In this document: in pieces, positions 8,998 to 17,023 of the stretch
Layout: each line of letters begins with the position of its first letter
Numbering within the stretch: position 1 is the stretch's first letter
NCBI GenBank assembly: GCA_965205485.1
Contig: OZ242180.1
Span: 3,136,001 to 3,200,000, forward strand
Direction of reading: 5' to 3'
DNA from: Candidatus Latescibacterota bacterium
GTDB taxonomy: Bacteria > Latescibacterota > UBA2968 > GCA-2709665
Length of the DNA stretch: 64,000 bases
The notes under the pieces: model-generated
The model's input: only the letters and a program-made list of their open reading frames with translations
What the model was told of the DNA's origin: nothing
Databases searched by the model: none
Program-made: the position numbers and the translations under genes

Positions 8998-11358
8998 TCA
9001 GACACTGCGGATGTGGATGAGTTTCCACTCCAGACTTGAAAGAGAGAATTTCAAAACGCCGTCCCGGATCGGGACGGCGTTGTTTTTGAGCGCGTCCTCC
9101 GCAACAGGGGCAGTGCCGAGCCCCAGCTTCTTCATGTTCAACTCTGCCGTGACGTTCTTGCGTTTGCCGTTCATATTGGAGACAACGGCCAGAACGCCGT
9201 TTTCCGGATGGCGATAGATGCTGGCGTGAGCGTTCTTGGGGGAAACGCGTATATAATCGCGGTTTCGCCAATATGGGATCCATTCGGCGTTCTTGCGGTC
9301 GAACGCGTCCATGGCGCGCCACACTTCGGCAGCCAGATCCAGATCATCGTCCGCACTCTGCGGTCGAACGGGAATGTCGTGCAGGAGCGTAAACGCCCAC
9401 GCTTGATTGTAGGTGTAGGCGGCGCCCGCGTGGAGGAATTCGGCGGGAACCCCCCACTGCCTGCCCATGAATTCGGCGCGGAAGGCGTCCAGGGGCAGCA
9501 GACGGGAAACGTCCACGCCGCTGCCGACCCCCTGGAACTGCTCGCCGTCCCAGTACCCGGTCGCCCATCCGAGGGATGGCATGGTCATGCACGTGGAGTT
9601 GTGCACGTTGACGTGGCCGTCTTTCCTGCGTGACTTTACGATTTCGTAGATGCGCCGCATCGCGGAGCGCGTGCTGAAGATGGGATAGGTCTGGGCGATG
9701 CTGCCGTCGGACCTCTGATGCCCGCATCCATGTTCGGTATTGCAGCAGCCGAACGGATATTCGGTCCCGTCCAGGTAGACCCCGTCGACGTCGAATTCAT
9801 CCATCACACTCGCGATGCCGTCCGTGAGCAGGTCCTGCCACGGGCTGTTCAGGCAGACGCGCCAGGCGGATTGTTCCGGCTGCGGCTGGTAGTGGAAGAC
9901 CGGGTATCCGCCCTTGGGCAGAATGAGCGCGTCTTTGCCCACGGCCTGCCATTCGTCGATGATATCCGAGATGAGGAAGCCGAAGTAGAGCAGGATCTGA
10001 AGCCCGCGGTCCCGGCAGGCCTTGACGATCTTCCTGACTTCGTCGGCGTGCGGCGTCCGGGTGTATGCCTCCGCGTCAGCCCAGTGTTCGAAAAGGACGA
10101 CGGCGCGGACGCCGGAATCCACGCACCGGTCCAGGAGGGCGTCGGACACGTTCAACCGGGGACTGAAGCCGGTTGTGGTCTGGCCGATGCAGTATATTCG
10201 CTGGTCCCAGGCGTCCTCCACGACGGGCTTGACGGGCGTGGCCTGAAATCCGAACGTGTATCGCAGTTCGTCGGTAACGACACCGCCAGGCGTGAGCGGC
10301 CTGACGTCTTCGGTTCCGAAACCCGTGAACTGCCCGCCCTCGCGGCTGCCGGGAAGGAGCTTGATCGGTGTCGACACGCAGTGGATGCGCAGCCGTACCC
10401 GGTTCTTTCGACGCGCGATTTCGGTGACCTTCCGCGGATTGCGGATGTGGAAGCCCGCGTCCGATTCCGAGAACAAAGCGATACCGCGTTCCTCGTCCCC
10501 CAGCCAGATATACGGGCGATATCCCATCTTGAGATCGTTCTTCGGCAGCGCGCCGACGTTTCTGACTCCGCCCCAGCTTCCGGGAAAGTGGTACAGGTAT
10601 CCGGCGTGTTTGCCGCGAACGGGCAATTCGAGCGAGAGCGCGTCGAGGCGCAGGATCGTGCTGGCGGTGAGTGACCAGTCTATCCGCGCCATCCCGTCGA
10701 AGTCGATTTCGGTTCTGGCCGTTACGGCCAGGCCGGCGGGAGATTCGAAACGGACATTGAAAACCACCTGTTCTTTCTCTGCCGAAATCAGTTCGAGATG
10801 ACCCTCCGTCCAGCGTGCTTTCTTGCCGTTTACGCGGGCAACCGGCCTCAATGGCCCGGCAAGCAGCTGGCTTCCGGCTGAAGTCGCCTGGGTGGCGAAC
10901 GCGGTTGCCGGGAATTCATAGGTTCTTCCCCAACAGTTGATTTTAAGGCGTTTCCCGGATTCCGTAACGTTGAGTGGCGTCCATGGATTGGGTACGCGGC
11001 GAGAGATTCCGGCACGGGATCCCAGCCAGGTAAAGTCGCCCGGCCATTTGTCCTGAAGCGTCCGGGTGGCGAAGCGGGCGCCGAACCGGTCGATGAAGGT
11101 CGCTCTGAAGTCGCAGCAACCCGAAGGAATGTCGCTGGTGTCGAAGGCGATTTCGTCCAGCCCCAGGTTGCTGACGACCCTGGTTTCCCGCGTTTCGCCC
11201 GAACGTGTGCTGTACAAGACCAGTTCCACCTTGCCGCCGTGCGCCAGATGGGTTTCGCCGAGAAGGTGGACGCGGGCGTACACCTTGCGGTATTCATACC
11301 GGGTATAGATCATGACCGTGACCGCACGGGCAGGCGATCCGGATTCGGTCGGGGGCAT
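8998..11358 (-). CDS. Putative glycoside hydrolase (DUF6067-like, TIM barrel)
   Basis: WLGSRAG..RRVPNPWTPL, CWGRTYEF, YIWLGDEERG, QATPVKP, DGVYLDG, WDGEQF; AAGGAG before ATG 11358. Confidence 0.6.
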   Translation of the reverse strand: MPPTESGSPARAVTVMIYTRYEYRKVYARVHLLGETHLAHGGKVELVLYSTRSGETRETRVVSNLGLDEIAFDTSDIPSGCCDFRATFIDRFGARFATRTLQDKWPGDFTWLGSRAGISRRVPNPWTPLNVTESGKRLKINCWGRTYEFPATAFATQATSAGSQLLAGPLRPVARVNGKKARWTEGHLELISAEKEQVVFNVRFESPAGLAVTARTEIDFDGMARIDWSLTASTILRLDALSLELPVRGKHAGYLYHFPGSWGGVRNVGALPKNDLKMGYRPYIWLGDEERGIALFSESDAGFHIRNPRKVTEIARRKNRVRLRIHCVSTPIKLLPGSREGGQFTGFGTEDVRPLTPGGVVTDELRYTFGFQATPVKPVVEDAWDQRIYCIGQTTTGFSPRLNVSDALLDRCVDSGVRAVVLFEHWADAEAYTRTPHADEVRKIVKACRDRGLQILLYFGFLISDIIDEWQAVGKDALILPKGGYPVFHYQPQPEQSAWRVCLNSPWQDLLTDGIASVMDEFDVDGVYLDGTEYPFGCCNTEHGCGHQRSDGSIAQTYPIFSTRSAMRRIYEIVKSRRKDGHVNVHNSTCMTMPSLGWATGYWDGEQFQGVGSGVDVSRLLPLDAFRAEFMGRQWGVPAEFLHAGAAYTYNQAWAFTLLHDIPVRPQSADDDLDLAAEVWRAMDAFDRKNAEWIPYWRNRDYIRVSPKNAHASIYRHPENGVLAVVSNMNGKRKNVTAELNMKKLGLGTAPVAEDALKNNAVPIRDGVLKFSLSSLEWKLIHIRSV

Positions 11359-11399
11359 AGAGGGCTCCTTCCTGCGGCGGCTCCGCCATACGAAGTCGG

Positions 11400-12880
11400 T
11401 CACATAAACCGAAGGCCGCGCTGGCCTCGCATCGCGCGTTTGGCCGACGGTACGTATTGCCTGGCCGGCAGGCCGACGAGTTCGCCGTCTCTTCAGCCAG
11501 CTCGAGATCTTCGCCGTAGAGGTGTTCCACCAGACGGCTCTTGAGGCGGTTCAGCGTGTCGGCAAAGCCGCTGTCGCCGGCGAGGTCCCGTGTTTCACGA
11601 GGGTCGTCGACGATGTCGAAGAGCTGCGCCTGGTTTCCTACGGGATAGTAGATGAGCTTGAATCTTCCGTCGTGTACCATGCGCATCGCCGCGGTCCCTT
11701 CGCCGTGTTCGCCGTACAGGTCGTCCCGGCGACGGTCGCCGGCGAGGCTATGGCGGTCGACGTAATCGGGTATGGGTATGCCCGCCAGGTCCAGCAATGT
11801 GGGCATGATGTCGGCGAACTCCGCCAGGCGCTCGTCGCGGGTTCCTCCCGGAAGGCGTTTGTCGCCCTTAACTGGCATGACGACCAGGGGTATCTTGGCG
11901 GACATTTCATAGAACGGCGTCATACACCAGAGCCCATGTTCGCCGACCATGTGGCCGTGGTCGCTCGTAAAGACCACGATGGTGTTGTCCAGGAGCCCGC
12001 ATTCCCGCAGGTATCCGATGACGATCCTGATCTGATGATCGATATGGGTGAGCATTGCATAGTAAGCGCGCCGTGAATACTCCCATTCATGGTGTTTTGC
12101 GCGCGCCATCGCGAGGTTGTCCGGGTTGCTCAGCGTTTTGATATGGTAGGGCAGGTCATCGAAGTTTGCCGACCAGTTTCCCCCGGCCGGTTCGTCGAGG
12201 GGCGCATCCCGGTAGAGCTCCATATAGGTCTGCAGCGGCGTGTTGGGCGGGTGCGGCGCGGAAAAGGAGAGGTACCAGAAGCCGGGCTTTCGAGGATCCC
12301 GCCGACGGATGGTTTTGCACATCTCCCGCGCCGCCCAGTTGATCGGATGGCAGTACTCGGGCAGGTGCCAGGTACGGGCGATGTAATCGTTCTGCGTCAT
12401 GCCGCTGGCGTATTCCTGCCCGCCGTAGCCCTGCTCGGCCAGGAAGAGCTCATAGTCGTCAGCCATCCCGTCCGGAATGTCGTGGTGAACGTGGCGGCCC
12501 TGCTCCTCCACGAGGACGTCATCGAAGCCGATCCGGTGGCGCTGCGGATAGACATGCAGTTTCCCAACGGCATACGCCTGATAACCCGCGTCGCGAAAGC
12601 ACTGGGCGAGGGTGGGAACTTCGGGGAAGTCAACGCCGTCGATAAACGAGCGCATTCCGTTCGCCCTCGGGCTCATGCCGGTGAACAGAGAGCGTCGGGC
12701 GGGTATGCAGGAGGGGCAGGCCGAATAGGCATTGGTGTAACTGACGCCGCACCTGGCGAGGTGGTCGATCGTCGGTGTGGAGACAACGGGATGGCCTGCA
12801 TCGCCGGTGAGCAATCCACTCCAGTGATCCGTGCAGATCAGCAGTACATTGGGCTTGTCGGGCCGGATGAACTCGGGCAT
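11400..12880 (-). CDS. Cys-type (formylglycine) sulfatase with a frameshift near the C-terminus
   Basis: KPNVLLICTD, CIPARRSLFTG (CxPxR), VGKLH, PHPP, FTSDHG. After LYGEDLE an alternative frame reads DGELVGLPARQ...RGQRGLRFM* and stops at 11400. Confidence 0.9.
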
Positions 12881-12936
12881 GGGCGACCTTTCGTCGGTTG
12901 TTCAATTCGTATGAGCGTATCCTTAGTTTCGTAGAG

Positions 12937-13100
12937 CGAGAATACGAGAATACGAAAAGGCGAAGAGATGACGAGGCCAAGAGTGTATGACGTATTCCCG
13001 TTCTTTCGTAGTTTGAATTACTCGTAGTTTCGATTACTCGTAGTTTCGTCCATTCGCCGTTACGTTCTCTCGTATTCTCGTCTATTCGTATTCTCGTCAT
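12937..13100. repeat. Two inverted arrays of degenerate 8-bp tandem repeats
   Basis: 13005-13100 is 12 in-phase octamers (ttcgtagt, ctcgtagt, ctcgtatt, ctcgtcta...); 12937-12984 has reverse-orientation octamers (cgagaata cgagaata cgaaaagg cgaagaga). Confidence 0.85.
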
Positions 13101-13114
13101 TTTCAGGTAGTTTC

Positions 13115-14383
13115 TCAGGGATTTTCGAATCTGTCTACGCGCAGGGGTTCGATGTCGATGGAAGGCGTCTGACGCGTGACCACCTGCGAGATCAGTTTGC
13201 CGGTAACGGGTCCCAGCGAGATCCCGATCATTGCGTGTCCGGCGGCGACGGTAAGGTTTTCGTATGTCGGGCTGCGACCCAGAAACGGCAGGCCGTCCGG
13301 TGTGCAGGGCCGGAGGCCCCGCCAGGTCTCGATGTGTTTCAGGCGGTTCGGTTTCAGGTCGGGCAGATAGCGTGGTACGGCGTTGAGAATGGCCGCGACC
13401 CGCCGTTTGTTGATGGAAAGATCCAGACCCGCCAGTTCCAGGGTGCCGCCGAAGCGGAGCATATCGCCCATGGGTGTAACGGCCACCTTGGCCTCCGAAA
13501 GCGAGGCTGGAATCGCGGGGCTGCGGTCCGGTCGTTCGAAGGTGACGCTGTAGCCCTTGGCCGGTTGTATTGGCAGTTTGATACCGAGTTCCGCAGCAAT
13601 GGCCGGCGACCATGCGCCGCCTGCCAGGACGACTTCGTTCGCGCTGAATTCTCCCCGTGTGGTAACGACCGTACGGATCCGGCCGTTCCGTCCCTGGAAG
13701 CCGATCACTTCCGTCGATGGATGAATCCTGACGCGTCCAGGGTCTCCGGCAACATGACGGGCGAGTTCTCTAACGAATTTCGCTGGAATTACATGGGCGT
13801 CCTGTGGATAGTAGACGGCGCCCGCGGCGTGGTAATTGGCCATGGGATCCAGCCTCCGCAGGCCGCACGGATCGAGTATCTCCGTCCGGATTCCCTTCTC
13901 GGACAGGATGCCTGCCTCCTCGATTCCGCCCTCAAGTCCCTTTTCGGTCGCGTAGACCATCAGACTGCCTTTTTTCTCAAACCCGAAATCCAGGCCGTCG
14001 ATGGCGGCGATTTCCGTGAATAGCGCAACGCTCGCAAGATTGAGATCTCTCAGGATCGCCAGCGCAGGCTGCATGCGCGCCCGGGTACAGGCCGCATGAA
14101 ATTCCAGCAGCCACCTCGCGAGATCGAGGTCCATACGGGGCTTGATGTAGAACGGGCTTTCAGCGTCGAACATCCACCTGAACGCTTTGCCGATCACGCC
14201 GGGAGCGGCGAGGGGAATGCTGTGGCTGGGCACGATCAGGCCCTGGTTGCCGTACGAACTGCCCGCGCAGACGTCGTCTTTGTCAACGAGGATAACGTCC
14301 TTCCCCGCGTCCGACAGATAGTGGGCGGAGCAGACGCCGATGGAGCCGCCGCCAATTATCAGGATATCGGTGTTGGTCTTCAT
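13115..14383 (-). CDS. FAD-dependent D-amino acid dehydrogenase (DadA-like)
   Basis: IIGGGSIG, SSYGNQG, LAGGAWS, PAKGYS, WRGLRPCTPDGLP.LG, GHAMIGISLGPVTG. Confidence 0.9.
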   Translation of the reverse strand: MKTNTDILIIGGGSIGVCSAHYLSDAGKDVILVDKDDVCAGSSYGNQGLIVPSHSIPLAAPGVIGKAFRWMFDAESPFYIKPRMDLDLARWLLEFHAACTRARMQPALAILRDLNLASVALFTEIAAIDGLDFGFEKKGSLMVYATEKGLEGGIEEAGILSEKGIRTEILDPCGLRRLDPMANYHAAGAVYYPQDAHVIPAKFVRELARHVAGDPGRVRIHPSTEVIGFQGRNGRIRTVVTTRGEFSANEVVLAGGAWSPAIAAELGIKLPIQPAKGYSVTFERPDRSPAIPASLSEAKVAVTPMGDMLRFGGTLELAGLDLSINKRRVAAILNAVPRYLPDLKPNRLKHIETWRGLRPCTPDGLPFLGRSPTYENLTVAAGHAMIGISLGPVTGKLISQVVTRQTPSIDIEPLRVDRFENP

Positions 14384-14464
14384 CGAAAAAGTGGGCCAAT
14401 GTCGGACAGCCGAAGCCGACGCCAAAGGGTTACGATGGCCATCGACGTCAGCCGGGAATCGGAT

Positions 14465-15376
14465 TCAGGTATCTTTTCGGACTTCGACACCCAGGACCGC
14501 CTCCCAGACCCGGGTCATTCCGCCTTTGTTCAGGTTTCCCAGACCCCGGTCCAACGCCGCGCGAAACGTATCGGCGGCGGCAGCGACCACGGGCAGACTT
14601 ACACCCTCCCTCTCCAGAATACCGGTGATGGCGTCGACATCCTTGCGTGCGTTTGCCATCGGATATCCGGGCTCGAAATTCCGTTCGAGGATCAGAGGCG
14701 CGAAGGTGTCGAATCCGTAACTCTGTCCGCTTCCGGTCATCACGGCGCCGCACATCTTCTCGGCGTCGAGGCCGAGCCTGACGGCAAGCGGAAGCATTTC
14801 GGCCAGCGCGGCGCAGGAGATGTTGAAAAGGGTATTGTTGACCATCTTGGCAAGCTGACCGTTTCCGGATCCTCCCATATAGTAAATGGATGAACCCAAG
14901 GCATTCAGAAGCGGCTCGACTTTGCGAAAGACACCTCTGTCGCCGCCCACCATCAGGGTCAGGGTTCCATCGGCCGCACGGCTGCTCATTCCGGAAACGG
15001 GCGCATCCAGGAAGTGCACGCCGAGATCGGACAGAATACGTGACGCCTCGCGCGTGAAGTCAGGATGCGTCGTGCCGCAATCGATGATGATGTGTCCCGC
15101 CTTCAGTTGGGGCTCAAGGCCGTCGTAACCAAAAAGCACGGCCTCCACGACACGGGTGTCGGGCAGCATCAGAACGATCCGATCGCAGATACCGCCCACT
15201 CGGGTCAGGCTCTCGGCCGTCCGCGCGCCGCAACGGGCGATCCGATCCAATGCCTCGCCGTTCGTGTCGTAGGCGAGCAGGGGAAATCCCTCCTTCATCA
15301 AATTGCACGCCATTCCGCTTCCCATCGACCCCAGGCCGATAAACCCCACTGGCGACGGCGCTACAGATCTGTTCAT
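14465..15376 (-). CDS. NAD(P)-dependent beta-hydroxyacid dehydrogenase (3-hydroxyisobutyrate/tartronate semialdehyde reductase family)
   Basis: GFIGLGSMG, FLDAPVSG, GTLTLMVGG, GNGQLAKMVNN. Confidence 0.92.
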   Translation of the reverse strand: MNRSVAPSPVGFIGLGSMGSGMACNLMKEGFPLLAYDTNGEALDRIARCGARTAESLTRVGGICDRIVLMLPDTRVVEAVLFGYDGLEPQLKAGHIIIDCGTTHPDFTREASRILSDLGVHFLDAPVSGMSSRAADGTLTLMVGGDRGVFRKVEPLLNALGSSIYYMGGSGNGQLAKMVNNTLFNISCAALAEMLPLAVRLGLDAEKMCGAVMTGSGQSYGFDTFAPLILERNFEPGYPMANARKDVDAITGILEREGVSLPVVAAAADTFRAALDRGLGNLNKGGMTRVWEAVLGVEVRKDT

Positions 15377-15421
15377 TCCTGGTCCTGGGTTTGGGTTCCG
15401 GGGGTACCACGGGCGGTTGTT

Positions 15422-16825
15422 TCAGGTGGCGATGCGTTCGACTTCCAGGTCATCGAACCAGCTTGTACCACTGCCATCCTGGCGCAGGATGAGGTAGACG
15501 GCCCCGCTGTCCGGCGGGGATGGTCCGCGGATCTCTACACAGACCCGTGTCCAGTCATTGGTGCCCGTGAGTTTACGGGAACTGATGTAAGGATATTTCT
15601 CGGGTTCGTTGAAGACGCCCCAGCGCACGGCCAGAAAGGCGCCGCGTCCCCGGACGTTCTCGGTCTTGATGTAAACCGTCACGCGAAAGCCGGTGGACCG
15701 GGTCCAGCGTTCGGTCCAGGCGCCATCGCTTTCACGATCCATGACCCATTCGGTGGGGCCGTCCGTCGGTTTGTCGATTTTGAGCGAGTATGGGTCGGAG
15801 CGTCCGTGATCCTGACACCACTGCGCCCCGTCCCCTTCGGGCAGCCAGGGCCAGGGATCGGTATCGCACGGGGTGGGTCTGTTGAGCTGCAGTCCGTTTG
15901 AGAAACTGGTCCTGCGTTCGTAAACGGGGAGTTCCTCGAAGCCGTTGTACGAAACTTGGGGAACGGGCTCCGAACGGGCCATCAACTGCGCGGCCTTCCG
16001 GTCCGGGCAGAGGCGGATGCGAAAGTGCGGGCACAACGGCGCGTAGAGTTCTTCGCGCGTGTAGTGACCCGCGAAATGGATGTCGTATCCCCAGTTACAC
16101 ACGCCAACGGTCGTGCGATCCGCGGTATCGCCGACAAATTCAAAGGCGGGGTTGTTGCCCTCATCGTAGGCCAGCACGAACAGGCCGTCTCGCTTCAGCG
16201 AATCCGGGCCCGGGATGCCGGTGGCCATATGGTTGAGCGGCATCTGCCAGACGGCGCCGTCTCCGGTTTCGGCCAGGAGATGCGAGAATCTTTTCTTCCA
16301 CATCCCCGGAAATTCGACGGTCGGCCCGGGGATGTCATTGTACCAGGGGTCGCAATACTCGAAGGATACGGTCTCTTCCCGGTCCAGTGCCTCCGGACTG
16401 TGGATATCCAAATGGGCTTTGAAGTCATAGATATACGTCCCGGCGGCGACGTCGTACGTCAGCGTGAGGACACGGCGCGAGGTGGCCACGCCTCCCGGAT
16501 CCGCCGTGATTACAGTGAGGACAAGGCGGTCGGTTTCCTGGCCTCTGGCCTGGATGTCGATCAGATCGGTTGTGGCGAGCACGCGGTGTTGGAACACCCA
16601 GTACATCTGCACGCCGCAAACGAGCGGGCGGCCTCCCGGGGCCAGTTTCAGGTCTCGCAGGTTGACCGGCTTGGCGTTGCCGTTGAAATAACGGAGGTTC
16701 TGTTCGGGCTGCTCGATCAGCTTGTCTTCGAGGCGCGCGATGGGCTCGTCGCGATCGTAAATCCATGTCTCGCCGGCACAGACGCCGCCGTGCGTACGGA
16801 ACGTAAAGACGCTGTCGTGGGACAT
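15422..16825 (-). CDS. Hypothetical protein with C-terminal CBM4/9-like jelly-roll domain
   Basis: GGAG RBS; C-terminus YIKTENV...GTNDWTRV...GSGTSWFDDLEV resembles a galactose-binding-like module; N-terminal region unrecognised. Confidence 0.55.
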   Translation of the reverse strand: MSHDSVFTFRTHGGVCAGETWIYDRDEPIARLEDKLIEQPEQNLRYFNGNAKPVNLRDLKLAPGGRPLVCGVQMYWVFQHRVLATTDLIDIQARGQETDRLVLTVITADPGGVATSRRVLTLTYDVAAGTYIYDFKAHLDIHSPEALDREETVSFEYCDPWYNDIPGPTVEFPGMWKKRFSHLLAETGDGAVWQMPLNHMATGIPGPDSLKRDGLFVLAYDEGNNPAFEFVGDTADRTTVGVCNWGYDIHFAGHYTREELYAPLCPHFRIRLCPDRKAAQLMARSEPVPQVSYNGFEELPVYERRTSFSNGLQLNRPTPCDTDPWPWLPEGDGAQWCQDHGRSDPYSLKIDKPTDGPTEWVMDRESDGAWTERWTRSTGFRVTVYIKTENVRGRGAFLAVRWGVFNEPEKYPYISSRKLTGTNDWTRVCVEIRGPSPPDSGAVYLILRQDGSGTSWFDDLEVERIAT

Positions 16826-17023
16826 GTTTGACTCCTCCGTGGCGCGACCGACCGACGGGCGATATGATAGCCGGGACGGAACATCAAGTCAACACCTATC
16901 AGCAGGGACACGGGCTGTTAAAGTGCGCACGGTAACAAAACCGTTGATCCTCGCTCGAGGCGCGCGTATCTTGTCGCATTATAGAGGATCGAACGGTTTC
17001 AACGCGCTGCTGAGGAGGCTCGC

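Noticed and set aside
12937..13100. Possible CRISPR array
   Set aside because: 8-bp period with no spacers and no cas genes.
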